Shown here piece by piece: positions 29,218 through 38,528 of a DNA stretch of 64,000 nucleotides (position 1 is its first letter; every line of letters starts with the position of its first letter). This DNA comes from Candidatus Omnitrophota bacterium (GTDB lineage: Bacteria; Omnitrophota; Gorgyraeia; Gygaellales; Profunditerraquicolaceae). The translations under genes and the position numbers were made by a program. The notes below the pieces were generated by a model that was given only the letters and a program-made list of their open reading frames with translations, did no database searches and was not told the DNA's origin. The DNA is taken from contig JBAZJY010000003.1 of NCBI GenBank assembly GCA_041651115.1, positions 73,829 through 137,828 of the forward strand. Reading direction: 5' to 3'.

Positions 29218-29689
29218 TTTTACTGCCCTCCTGCAACATTTCTTTTTTCCAGTCTTTACGCAAGGGGTATTGGCCTTCAGGCCAATTATCCGGCAAAGGA
29301 TAACGCTTGCCTTTCTTAAGCCCTTCTACCTTTGTCCCCAATAGATCAACCAATTCTCTTTCATAAATTTCCGCGCCGGGAAAATAACTTGTTATTGTCT
29401 TTATAACCGGATCATTTTTGGCTACGCCGGTCTTAATGCTCAAGACAATCCCGTTTTCGCTGGACAAATGGTAAATAAATGAAAGTTTTTCGCCCTCGTC
29501 CATGCCGGTAATACCGGAAAGTATGCAAAAACCTAGAGCTTCTATCGCGTAGTCAAATACATTGAAGAATTTATCCGGAGAAACTTCGGCATAGATCCTC
29601 CTTTGCCTCTGGACCCTTATGCCATTTCCCAGAAAATTAAAATTCTTCAGCAATTCCTGCCGTATTCTTTCTTCTTCTGACATGTTCAC
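29210..29689 (-). CDS. Hydrogenase NuoC-like (30 kDa) subunit
   Basis: 159 aa. The central ERExxDxxG motif (ERELVDLLG) is shared by NuoC, the HycE N-terminus and MbhK. Confidence 0.7.
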   Translation of the reverse strand: MNMSEEERIRQELLKNFNFLGNGIRVQRQRRIYAEVSPDKFFNVFDYAIEALGFCILSGITGMDEGEKLSFIYHLSSENGIVLSIKTGVAKNDPVIKTITSYFPGAEIYERELVDLLGTKVEGLKKGKRYPLPDNWPEGQYPLRKDWKKEMLQEGSKNA

Positions 29690-30135
29690 TTTTTTACCGC
29701 TTCTTTTTCTTCCAGGCTTGCCAGCAGCTTTACTATCCCGTCAATTATTGCTTCCGGGCTTGCCGGGCATCCCGGGATATAGGCAGCCACGGGGATCACG
29801 GAGTCTATGCCGTGCTCAACATTATAACAGCCTTCAAAAACGCCTCCGGAAGCAGCGCAAGAGCCTACGGCAACCACAAGCTTGGGTTCAGGCATTTGCT
29901 CATAGATCCTGACCACCCTGTCGGCGGTCTGGCGGGTGATCGGCCCGGAACAGACAAGAATGTCCACGTGCCGGGGCGTAGCTTTTAACTGCACGCCAAA
30001 ACGCTCAAGGTCATAACGCGGAGTGAGCGCGGCAATGATCTCTATGTCGCAGGCATTGCAGGCGCCGGTATTAAAATGAAGTATCCACGGCGACTTCAAC
30101 CTTGACCAGTTTACCATTTTTTTGATCAATCCCAT
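29686..30135 (-). CDS. Hydrogenase small subunit (NuoB/MbhJ-like, [4Fe-4S] N2-type)
   Basis: 149 aa. The N-terminal region, GSCAASGG and GCPASP motifs carry the cysteines of the proximal cluster. Confidence 0.85.
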   Translation of the reverse strand: MGLIKKMVNWSRLKSPWILHFNTGACNACDIEIIAALTPRYDLERFGVQLKATPRHVDILVCSGPITRQTADRVVRIYEQMPEPKLVVAVGSCAASGGVFEGCYNVEHGIDSVIPVAAYIPGCPASPEAIIDGIVKLLASLEEKEAVKK

Positions 30136-30140
30136 TGCTG

Positions 30141-30476
30141 CTATCTCCTAAAAAGAATCACCAGCCCGGTGATCGCGCCGACAATATAAACCACGGCGAT
30201 AAAAAAAGAATCTATCGTTTCTATAGGCACGGTAGCGACGATCAAAGCGACTACGTGCAGGATAGTAAAGAAAAAGGCAAACGGGAAAAACTGCCCGTAG
30301 TTAACCTGTACCCTGTGTTCAGGCAGGTCTTCGCCGCAGGCATACGCCTTTCTTGAGCCGCTTTTTAAGACAGTGCTGCGCCGGAAGGCAAGCCTGGACA
30401 ATGAGCCGGAAAGGGTCAGGGTCAACCCGAGGATGATTATAAAAGCTATGGGAGGAAAAAGCAGCCATTCATACAT
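30141..30476 (-). CDS. Small membrane subunit (NuoA/MbhI-like)
   Basis: 111 aa with 3 TM helices. Its position immediately upstream of the NuoB-like gene matches the mbhI-mbhJ order. Confidence 0.4.
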   Translation of the reverse strand: MYEWLLFPPIAFIIILGLTLTLSGSLSRLAFRRSTVLKSGSRKAYACGEDLPEHRVQVNYGQFFPFAFFFTILHVVALIVATVPIETIDSFFIAVVYIVGAITGLVILFRR

Positions 30477-30484
30477 AACGATAC

Positions 30485-30805
30485 CTATCCCTTAAGGTTC
30501 CTGAGATTATCCACGTCCAGCGATTCATCGTGCCGGTAAACACTTAAGATCACGCCTCCGGCAACGACAATGAGCACAACTTCAATTACGATCATCGTGA
30601 TCACGAATGCCTGCACCAGCGGCTCCTGCTTAGTAATGTGGCCGATGACCACAAAAAGTAAGGTTACGCCTTTATTCAGGATCTCCAGGCCGATCAACAC
30701 CTTGATCATATTACGCGTCACCAGCATGCAGTAAACGCCGGTTGCGCAAAGCATGATTATAAAAATAACGAATGTCCAGAATAATACCAGAACATCACCA
30801 CTCAT
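30485..30805 (-). CDS. NuoK/MnhC-like membrane subunit
   Basis: 106 aa with 3 TM helices. The LIGLEILNKGVTLLFVVIG motif resembles NuoK/MrpC. Confidence 0.65.
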   Translation of the reverse strand: MSGDVLVLFWTFVIFIIMLCATGVYCMLVTRNMIKVLIGLEILNKGVTLLFVVIGHITKQEPLVQAFVITMIVIEVVLIVVAGGVILSVYRHDESLDVDNLRNLKG

Positions 30806-31292
30806 TGTCTTCTCTTTCTTTAAATAACATTACCGCGCCAAAACCTCCGGCAAGTAAGATAATGATCTGGCCGAAGAGGTCTAACTGCCGCAGATTCCAA
30901 AGCACGTGCCGGGGATCGGTCTCTACTGTCCGCTGCACAAAAATTATGGTGATCGGCAGCCCTACAAGAAATAAGGCCATTACCCCGGAACAGATTATCC
31001 ACAGCGGCAGGTAACGATAACGCTTCAAGCGCTCTTTTGTCACAGAGCTAAGCTGTTCTCCGGAAATCGGCTTAGTCAGGCCTATGGTGCTTAAGAATAT
31101 CACGGTGATCAGGCCGGTACATACGGAAAGCTCAAAAACCGCTGCCAATGGAGAATTAAAACGGAACATAAAAATGCTGACTATGGCGCTGACAACTGCC
31201 AGTCCGATAGCGGTCTTCAGCAGGCTCCTGACCATCACGCCCCAGACTGCCGCTACCACCATAATTACCAAAAGTGTTAAAATTAAGATCAT
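30795..31292 (-). CDS. NuoJ/MnhB-like membrane subunit
   Basis: 165 aa with 4-5 TM helices. It is located between the antiporter-like and NuoK-like genes. Confidence 0.4.
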   Translation of the reverse strand: MILILTLLVIMVVAAVWGVMVRSLLKTAIGLAVVSAIVSIFMFRFNSPLAAVFELSVCTGLITVIFLSTIGLTKPISGEQLSSVTKERLKRYRYLPLWIICSGVMALFLVGLPITIIFVQRTVETDPRHVLWNLRQLDLFGQIIILLAGGFGAVMLFKEREDNEW

Positions 31293-32722
31293 GGCAATAA
31301 AATTTGTTTTACCGGTTCAAACACAGACACGAATACCGCGGGGAAAAATAATCCCGCCATTATTGTGACCAATGCCAACGCTATAGAAACCAGCGAAAAA
31401 CCCAAACCTGCCTCTTTTACGCTTTCCAGGCCCGGCGCAAGCTTTCCAAAAAAAACTTTCCTTTGCATAATCAGCAGATAAGCCAAAGTAAGGATGCTTG
31501 CCAGGGCTGCTGCCAGCGCATAAAAATGCTGGCCAGCGCTCCACAGCGCGATGATAATGAGCAGCTTGCTCCAAAATCCGGACAAAGGCGGAATGCCGCT
31601 TGCGGAAAGAAAACCGATGATCGAAGTAACGGAAGTAACCGGCATCCTTGATGAAAGGCCTCCCAGATCATCCATTTCAGTCGTCCCTGCCTGTAAACCG
31701 ACTGCCGCAGAATTTACGAATAAAAGAGATTTGAACATTGAATGATTAAACAGGTGGAATACCGCAGCAATCACCCCAAGGCCGGTGCCGCTTCCTAATG
31801 CCAATATTATATAACCGACCTGGCTGATACTTGAATAAGCCAGCATCCGTTTAAAATCAGTTTGGCCCAAAGCTGCCAGCGCAGCGGTAATAATCGAAAC
31901 TAACCCTACGAATAAGAGCAACGCATTAAGCCCCGGGCTAAACCCGAAAACCCCGGTTACCAGCCTGATCAAAGTGTAAACGCCGCATACTTTTGTTACG
32001 ATCCCGGCCAATAATACCGATACTGCCGGCGGCGCGCTGGAATAAGCGTCCGGCAGCCAGCCGTGGAAAGGCATCAGTCCGCCCTTGATAAAAAGCCCGC
32101 AGATAAAAATCGCGATACTGAAAATAACAACATAATTATGCTTGGAATTCGCCAAGGCGCTCTGCAGCCCGGGAAAAGAAGTATCTCCGGAAGTAAATAA
32201 AAGCAGCGCGATGGAAGTAAGCATCATTATGGTCGCCACCGAAGAAAGAACCGTATATTTGAACGCGCCTTCAAGGCTGGCCCTGCCCCTGCGAAAAGCG
32301 ATCAGGATAAACGAAGATATCGCGGTGATCTCAAGGAATACGTATAATGAAAACATGTCTTTTGTCATCGCAATACCGTTCATGCCGATAAAAGCGATGA
32401 TCAGGACATTAATAAAATTAAACCTTTGCTTCTTATCGGTAAGGGTGTACCTGCCGATGATCAGGCTCACCAGGCAGACAGCCGCGATACAGAAAAGCAT
32501 GATCAGCGCCAGGCGATCCGCTCCAAGGTGGACCGTAAAGAATGAATTGATGCGGTCAAGCCCGGGATTATAAAAAAAGTAATTATGCATCAGCACAGCC
32601 AGGATCTGGAAGACAAACAACGCGGCAGCAGACCATAGCGCTATCCTGGTCATTTGGATGCCGAAGAAAAGATTAAAAAATATGATTTCCAGCAGCGGAA
32701 CCAAGATCAACAAAGAAGGCAT
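31289..32722 (-). CDS. Proton-conducting antiporter-like subunit (NuoM/MrpD family)
   Basis: 477 aa, polytopic. Conserved SSISQVGYI and FxGxxxxxLxxxxLP motifs of the NuoL/M/N-MrpA/D family. Confidence 0.8.
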   Translation of the reverse strand: MPSLLILVPLLEIIFFNLFFGIQMTRIALWSAAALFVFQILAVLMHNYFFYNPGLDRINSFFTVHLGADRLALIMLFCIAAVCLVSLIIGRYTLTDKKQRFNFINVLIIAFIGMNGIAMTKDMFSLYVFLEITAISSFILIAFRRGRASLEGAFKYTVLSSVATIMMLTSIALLLFTSGDTSFPGLQSALANSKHNYVVIFSIAIFICGLFIKGGLMPFHGWLPDAYSSAPPAVSVLLAGIVTKVCGVYTLIRLVTGVFGFSPGLNALLLFVGLVSIITAALAALGQTDFKRMLAYSSISQVGYIILALGSGTGLGVIAAVFHLFNHSMFKSLLFVNSAAVGLQAGTTEMDDLGGLSSRMPVTSVTSIIGFLSASGIPPLSGFWSKLLIIIALWSAGQHFYALAAALASILTLAYLLIMQRKVFFGKLAPGLESVKEAGLGFSLVSIALALVTIMAGLFFPAVFVSVFEPVKQILLP

Positions 32723-32741
32723 TGCTTATTCTTCTCCTAAG

Positions 32742-34574
32742 CTAAACCGATTTCAATAAAAATACCACTACCATCGCGGCGCCGGTAATGGCCCAGATAA
32801 CATAAAGAGAATAATTACCGTTATGCGCTTTTCTTATTCCATAACTGAACGCAAAGGCAAGCTTTACCGCAAATACGTCATACATCCAGTCTATTGTCCG
32901 GTCAAAACACCATGCGGCATGCGCAAATATCCTGACTAATCCCATGCCGATATTATAGGGATCAAAATACCCGCGCTGCGCTTTATCATATATCCAGCCC
33001 AAGAGCGGGGCATAATGAATATGGTCTACCGCCCTTAAGCCGCTTCCGGTTTTCCTTACTCCGTATAAATGATCCAGCAGCGCAGCGATCAAGACGGCGA
33101 TCGTAACCGCAAAGAGAAAAACATTCACGTGCAATCCGCTGAAATCATGGCCCCCGAGCCTCTCCTGCCCGATTACCGGCTGGATAAGATAGCGTAACGG
33201 AATAAAATTCAGCAGGCCGAAAATAACGCAGGTCGCGGCAACCACAAGCATCGGCGCCAACATGCGCAGCGGCGCTTCCTTTACTGCCTTGTTTTTCTCA
33301 TTTAACCTGCCCAGGAACGCGGCATGCCCAAGTTTTAAGAATGAAGCCGCGGTAAGAAAAGACCCGCCAACCGCAGCCAGGTAAAATATCCAGCCTCTTT
33401 CCAGCGCCCCGCCATAAATCAGCTCTTTGGAGAAAAACCCGTTAAACGGCGGCACGCCGGATATTGATAAGGCGGCTATAGTAAAACAAATAAAAGTTAT
33501 CGGCATCTTCAGCCTCAAGCCTCCGAGGCTCTCTAAGTCTGTGCTGCCGGCTTGTTTCTCCACGGAACCCGCAGAGAGGAACAAACAGCTTTTATATAAA
33601 GCGTTATTAATCAAATGGAATAGGCCGCCGACAATGCCTGCCGGGACTAAAGTGCCGATGCCCAAAATCATATAGCCTACCTGGCTGACCGCGTGGTAAG
33701 AAAGCAGGCGTTTAAAATCTTTCTGCACCAGGGCCATCATTACCGCAAACAAGATCGTCACTGACCCAACGATCATCAGCAGGCTGCTTGCCCATGAACC
33801 GGCAGCAAGCTTAAACATATCCAAAGATATCCGGGCAAGAAAATAAATACCTAGTAATTTTTCCAGCGATGCCGGCAGGATCGCCATGAACGGCAATGGC
33901 GCGTTTTCCGCTGCGTCAGGGATCCAGCTATGGAAAGGCATTGATCCGGCTTTAGAAATTGCTCCGATCACCAGGAGAATAAAGGCAACTCCGGCAAGGC
34001 CGCTTAAAGGAAGGCTGATCCTGGAGATCGTCAGCGTTCCCGCGAGATGGCCGGTCATGATAATACCCAGCATCAGGCAAAAGTCTGAAGCCCCGGCAAT
34101 GATCAGGGCCTTTGTTGCCGCCTTAAACGCATTTCTGCCGCCTATGGCGATCAGGCCAAAAAGAGTAAGCAGCAGGCCTTCCCAGAAAAACAACATCAAC
34201 AAAAGATTATCCGCCAGTAAAGCGGCATTAATAAAAGCGAGTGTTATCAGGATGTAGGCATAAAACTGGTTCAGGTAATCCCTGCCGCGCATAAATACGC
34301 TTGAATATAGAATGACCAGGAATCCGAATACTGCCGCGGCAAGAATCATGAACGAACTGAAATTATAGAGCCTTAGAGAAAATTCTCCTGCCTGCCCCAA
34401 TAAAGGTAAAGAATAAACCGCCCGGCTGTTTAAAAATAATACTGCCAAGAGAAGATTTACCAACCCGGCAAACAAAGCAGTTACTTCCCTTAAGCCGGCC
34501 AGCCTGCGCATCAACAGGCACAATACGCCTGCCGATAAAGGCGCTAATATAAATAACAACAGTATCTTTTCCAT
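32742..34574 (-). CDS. Proton-conducting antiporter-like subunit (NuoL/MrpA family), longest of three
   Basis: 610 aa. Antiporter-family motifs (LSYHAVSQVGYMILGIG, GSMPFHSWIPDA) plus a C-terminal extension typical of NuoL/MrpA. Confidence 0.8.
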   Translation of the reverse strand: MEKILLLFILAPLSAGVLCLLMRRLAGLREVTALFAGLVNLLLAVLFLNSRAVYSLPLLGQAGEFSLRLYNFSSFMILAAAVFGFLVILYSSVFMRGRDYLNQFYAYILITLAFINAALLADNLLLMLFFWEGLLLTLFGLIAIGGRNAFKAATKALIIAGASDFCLMLGIIMTGHLAGTLTISRISLPLSGLAGVAFILLVIGAISKAGSMPFHSWIPDAAENAPLPFMAILPASLEKLLGIYFLARISLDMFKLAAGSWASSLLMIVGSVTILFAVMMALVQKDFKRLLSYHAVSQVGYMILGIGTLVPAGIVGGLFHLINNALYKSCLFLSAGSVEKQAGSTDLESLGGLRLKMPITFICFTIAALSISGVPPFNGFFSKELIYGGALERGWIFYLAAVGGSFLTAASFLKLGHAAFLGRLNEKNKAVKEAPLRMLAPMLVVAATCVIFGLLNFIPLRYLIQPVIGQERLGGHDFSGLHVNVFLFAVTIAVLIAALLDHLYGVRKTGSGLRAVDHIHYAPLLGWIYDKAQRGYFDPYNIGMGLVRIFAHAAWCFDRTIDWMYDVFAVKLAFAFSYGIRKAHNGNYSLYVIWAITGAAMVVVFLLKSV

Positions 34575-34582
34575 AGCTTATT

Positions 34583-36022
34583 TTACCCGCCGGTTATTTG
34601 CCGGACGATCACTTCAGCGAAACCAAAAGGATACTTAATGAAAATGCCGGCGGCAAGGGATAACAGCGCCAGAAGCGCTACGCTTGCGGTCATTAATGAA
34701 GAACCCTCTCTCTGGCTTTGCGCTTTAGGCTCGCCGAGAAATACCATATTAAAGGCCCTTAAAAGATATAATACCGTTAAAACTGCTCCGGCTAAAAACA
34801 CAAAAGCGCTGGAATACTGCTTTGCCCCCACCGCTCCGGCAAAAACCATATATTTGCTCCAGAAACCGCCCAACGGCGGCAACCCCATCACGGAAAACGC
34901 GCAAAGTAAAAAAGATGCGGCGGTAACCGGCATCGTATGGATAAGGCCGCCAAGCTCTGTAATATTTTTAGTCTTTGCCTTTTGTTCAACTATGCCTGCG
35001 CAAAGAAACAAACCTGCTTTTGACAGGCCGTGCATCAAGATATATAAAAGCCCGCCGATGATCCCGATATCATTGCCGGTAGAGAGCCCAAAAAAGATAA
35101 AACCGATCTGACTGACCGTAGAATAGGCAATGATGCGTTTTAGGTCGGTTTCAATAAGCGCTGCGCCCGCGCAAACAAGCGCGCTTATCGCGGCAACTGC
35201 CGCTACGTCAGAATACCACAGCGCCGATAAAGTGATCGTGGCGATAAAAAGCCGGGCAAAGGCATAAACACCGATCTTAACTAATAACGCCGCGTGCAGC
35301 AGCGCAGTAACCGGCGAGGGCGCCACGCCTGCATCCGGCAGCCAGGTGTGGAACGGTAAAGTGGCGGATTTGGAAAATATACCGATAAGGATCAGCAATA
35401 CGGCAAAACCGGGTGCGTTACCGGCTTTAAAACTTTCTTTTACCACTGCCAGGTCAAACGACCCGCATTGCTGGTATATGCCGATAAACCCGATGAGCAT
35501 TGCCAGCGCGCCAAAGCCGGTTACCAAAAAGGATTTATCCGCTTTTAAAACATGCGTTTTTTCCCGGAAAAACCCGATCAAGCGCCAGCTGGTAACTGCC
35601 GTAAGCTCCCAGAATATGTACATAAATATCAAGTTAGCCGAAAAGATCAAACCCATCATCGCGCCGAGGAACAGCGCCACCATAGAATAATATTCGTTCT
35701 GGTTTTCATAATGGCTGATATAGCTGAAAGAATACAGGATGATCACCGCGCTGATCAGCCCGGAAACGCAGCCCATGAATACAGCCAGGCTGTCTGCGCT
35801 AAATGCGGTATTGAACCACGGGGCAAGGCTTCCGGGAATGATTACTATTTTTGCGGATGAAGCCAGGGGCAGCATTGTTAACAGTAAGGCAAGCGGGACC
35901 AAAACAAAAAGCAGCGCCGCCAGGTTCCTTAATGCCGCAGAGACCCTTCCTGCTATCGGCAGAATAAAAGCCCCGGCAAGCGGGATGAAAATAATGCTTA
36001 AAAGCATTGCTCCATAATTCAT
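34583..36022 (-). CDS. Proton-conducting antiporter-like subunit (NuoN/MrpD family)
   Basis: 479 aa. The AYSTVSQIGFIFFG and LPFHTWLPDA motifs. Confidence 0.8.
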   Translation of the reverse strand: MNYGAMLLSIIFIPLAGAFILPIAGRVSAALRNLAALLFVLVPLALLLTMLPLASSAKIVIIPGSLAPWFNTAFSADSLAVFMGCVSGLISAVIILYSFSYISHYENQNEYYSMVALFLGAMMGLIFSANLIFMYIFWELTAVTSWRLIGFFREKTHVLKADKSFLVTGFGALAMLIGFIGIYQQCGSFDLAVVKESFKAGNAPGFAVLLILIGIFSKSATLPFHTWLPDAGVAPSPVTALLHAALLVKIGVYAFARLFIATITLSALWYSDVAAVAAISALVCAGAALIETDLKRIIAYSTVSQIGFIFFGLSTGNDIGIIGGLLYILMHGLSKAGLFLCAGIVEQKAKTKNITELGGLIHTMPVTAASFLLCAFSVMGLPPLGGFWSKYMVFAGAVGAKQYSSAFVFLAGAVLTVLYLLRAFNMVFLGEPKAQSQREGSSLMTASVALLALLSLAAGIFIKYPFGFAEVIVRQITGG

Positions 36023-36026
36023 CTAT

Positions 36027-36254
36027 TTATTTAATTACCTTTCCCTCGGTATCAATGACATTGCCGCGGCCCTTACCTGAACGTTTACCCGGACGGCCGT
36101 AACGCAAAGTTACCCTCTTTATTAAGATAAACCCGCTTAGCGCAAAAAGGATGACCAACACGGCCTCAAGCAGCAGCCAGTGCAGCGGCTTTAAAAAAAT
36201 CCAGCCAAAAAATAAGTTAAAGATTATTAAAAACGGCAGGAGGCACCCGGACAT
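36027..36254 (-). CDS. Small 2-TM membrane protein, first gene of the hydrogenase membrane-arm block
   Basis: 75 aa. Two hydrophobic helices and a basic C-terminus. There is a 5-nt gap to the following antiporter gene. Confidence 0.3.
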   Translation of the reverse strand: MSGCLLPFLIIFNLFFGWIFLKPLHWLLLEAVLVILFALSGFILIKRVTLRYGRPGKRSGKGRGNVIDTEGKVIK

Positions 36255-36260
36255 ATTGTT

Positions 36261-37022
36261 TTATTCCCCGGTGCCGTGGACGATCCTGAGGACCTCTTCT
36301 GCTTCTTCCAGCTTTTTCTTAAGCGCCTCGTATTCCTTTCTCGGCACAGAATCCTGCGGCTCAATCTTCGGCGCAGCAGCCGCCTCTTGCGCGGCCTTAT
36401 CTATTTCTTTCCTGTATTGTACGATTTGCGTTTCCAGCATTTTGATCTTATTTAAAGCGTCCTCGTGATCTTTTTTCAACGCCTCTTCGCCTTTATTCTG
36501 TTGATTTTGCATGTCCGTCTTTAAAGAAGCTGTTTCTGTTTCTAACGCCTTTACTTTTTCCAGCGCGGCAACAAGCTTATTGTTTATTTCCTCGTGTTCT
36601 TTGCGCGAAACCTGCTCTTTAGACTGTTGCTGCTGCTTGGCAAGCTGTTCCTCTAATGCCGTAACTTTTTCTTTGGCCGCGGCCAATTCATTGCTTAGGC
36701 CGGGATCCGGGATGGATGCCTTTTCCAGTTCCCTGCTTTTTGCCAGCATTTCTTCCTTTAACTGCGTATTCTCCGCCTTAAGCCGGCTGCTCTCGTCACT
36801 CATCTGGTTGTTCTCTTTTTTTAACTGGTCAACATCCAGCTTGAGCTGCTGCAATTCGGCGTTATTAACCGGGGCCTTCGGTACTGCCGCGACATGCGGA
36901 AAGCGCAGGCCAGTTGGCTCTGCGCGTTCTTTTTCGCCAGCTCCCTCCTGCCGGTTCGGCAAAAACGCGTATACCGCAAGGGCTATGCCTACGAGAAAAA
37001 TAGCTGAAAGAAGAATAATCAT
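36261..37022 (-). CDS. Membrane-anchored coiled-coil protein, paralogous to the N-terminus of the EF-G fusion ORF
   Basis: 253 aa. The N-terminal anchor MIILLSAIFLVGIALAVYAFLP (compare [22 protein letters not shown] at 49845) is followed by about 200 aa of heptad-rich, E/K/Q-rich sequence. Confidence 0.5.
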   Translation of the reverse strand: MIILLSAIFLVGIALAVYAFLPNRQEGAGEKERAEPTGLRFPHVAAVPKAPVNNAELQQLKLDVDQLKKENNQMSDESSRLKAENTQLKEEMLAKSRELEKASIPDPGLSNELAAAKEKVTALEEQLAKQQQQSKEQVSRKEHEEINNKLVAALEKVKALETETASLKTDMQNQQNKGEEALKKDHEDALNKIKMLETQIVQYRKEIDKAAQEAAAAPKIEPQDSVPRKEYEALKKKLEEAEEVLRIVHGTGE

Positions 37023-37423
37023 GCCCGATCCACCTCCTGCGGCACCAAGGCCAGCTTTTTCTTAAGCTCTTCGGGAATAGCTTTGGGTTTTATCGCGGTA
37101 TCTACGCAAACCATTACCGCCTTTGCAGTATTAACAAGCTGGTTGTTTTGGTTTCTTGTTTCGTGGCTAAATTCTATCTTCGCGGTGGTCACGGCAGTTA
37201 TAGCCGTAGATATATCCAAAATGTCTCCGTAAAAAGCCGGCAGCTTATAATCTATTTCCTGGCGCGCCACGACGAATAAAGTACCGGAAGCCGCGAGCTC
37301 ACGGATAAAGATACCCCGTTGCTCGAAGAACTCCGTGCGTGCCTCTTCCATATATTTCAGGTAATTGGCGTAGTATACTACGCCGCCGGCGTCAGTGTCA
37401 TGATAATAGATTCTCTTTTTCAT
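37019..37423 (-). CDS. Acyl-CoA thioester hydrolase, YbgC/4HBT family
   Basis: The YYHDTDAGGVVYYANYLKYMEEARTEFF motif is the hot-dog fold 4HBT signature. The start is placed at the internal Met (MKKRIYYHDTD). Confidence 0.75.
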   Translation of the reverse strand: MKKRIYYHDTDAGGVVYYANYLKYMEEARTEFFEQRGIFIRELAASGTLFVVARQEIDYKLPAFYGDILDISTAITAVTTAKIEFSHETRNQNNQLVNTAKAVMVCVDTAIKPKAIPEELKKKLALVPQEVDRA

Positions 37424-37841
37424 TCTCCAGAACTTTCTCGGAACGCTGCGCTTTGCGTTTTTCGGCCCTGAAAACATTCAAGGCAACGTCAAAATCATAG
37501 ACATCTTCAAAATCGGACTTTTTGTCTTCTTCGGTGCTGCGCATCAACCCGGCATCTACCATATTAAAGACGATCTCTCCGAAGTCAGCCGTAACCCTGA
37601 CTCCCCAATGCCCGAATACCGTCTTTGCCATCGGGCCGTATTGACGGATGGCGAATTTCCTGATGCCGTCCAAAAGCTGCCTGCCGCTGACATGGCCTGA
37701 CTGCTTTAACTTTTTTTGCGTAAACCACAATGCCTGCATAACGAATTCATACGCATCGGGCTTATAGCGGCTGTCCTTGTTTGCAATCTCTTCTATTTTA
37801 CGAAAAAAATTAGCGTCCATTATGTTAATCGGTGATATCAA
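37398..37841 (-). CDS. Conserved hypothetical protein
   Basis: 147 aa, soluble. It contains KPDAYEFVMQAL ... FGHWGV ... VYDFD motifs. The family could not be assigned from sequence alone. Confidence 0.35.
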   Translation of the reverse strand: MISPINIMDANFFRKIEEIANKDSRYKPDAYEFVMQALWFTQKKLKQSGHVSGRQLLDGIRKFAIRQYGPMAKTVFGHWGVRVTADFGEIVFNMVDAGLMRSTEEDKKSDFEDVYDFDVALNVFRAEKRKAQRSEKVLENEKENLLS

Positions 37842-38055
37842 TGACCTTATCCCTGCTCTTTTCTCCTCTTACTATTATAATCCTACTTTTCGGGATGTCA
37901 AAATATTCGCTTAATAATTTTATTGCCGCTGTATTGGCCTTGCCTTCGTGCGCCGCGGCTTTGACGCGGATAAGAAAACTTACCTCTGTGAGCTTTTCAA
38001 TCTCTTCCTGCCGCGATCCCGGCTTGACTTTTACGGAAATCCTCGTTGCAGCCAT
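37825..38055 (-). CDS. DUF167 (YggU-like) protein
   Basis: ISVKVKPGS ... HEGKAN ... IVRGEKSRDKVI matches the DUF167 pattern. The start is taken at MAATRIS. Confidence 0.6.
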   Translation of the reverse strand: MAATRISVKVKPGSRQEEIEKLTEVSFLIRVKAAAHEGKANTAAIKLLSEYFDIPKSRIIIVRGEKSRDKVIDITD

Positions 38056-38056
38056 C

Positions 38057-38437
38057 TTATACCAGCACGGTTTCAACCAAAGGATTGGATTTTAAAGTAT
38101 TATGGACAGGACAGTTCTTTGTAAATTCCAAAAGCGCTTTTTGCCTGCGTTCATCAAGCTGTAGGCCTTTGAGATCCACAACCACTTTTATGGTTTTAAA
38201 GCGCAGCGGCGGCTCAGCGCTGAATTCCGATTCCACGCTGACGCTGAATTTACCTAAAGCCAATCCCGCTCCATCTGTATATTTACGTATATAAACGCCT
38301 ATGCAGCTGCCAAGCGCGGCAAGTAAGGCATCAGGCGGAGTAACTCCCTTATTTTTCATGTCCATGACAAACGAACCGCTTCCGGCTTTTACGCTAAATG
38401 CCCCATCAGGGCTGCTTTCGATATCAACGCGGTACAT
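38057..38437 (-). CDS. OsmC/Ohr-family peroxiredoxin-like protein
   Basis: 126 aa. Contains the two conserved Cys contexts (LGSCIGVY and NCPVHNTL). Confidence 0.8.
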   Translation of the reverse strand: MYRVDIESSPDGAFSVKAGSGSFVMDMKNKGVTPPDALLAALGSCIGVYIRKYTDGAGLALGKFSVSVESEFSAEPPLRFKTIKVVVDLKGLQLDERRQKALLEFTKNCPVHNTLKSNPLVETVLV

Positions 38438-38528
38438 AAAAACTCCTTAATATGTAAAGTAACATCTAATTTTAACACAACAAAATAGCACTGCAACTCT
38501 TATTTGACGATTTTAAATATGCGAGAAA

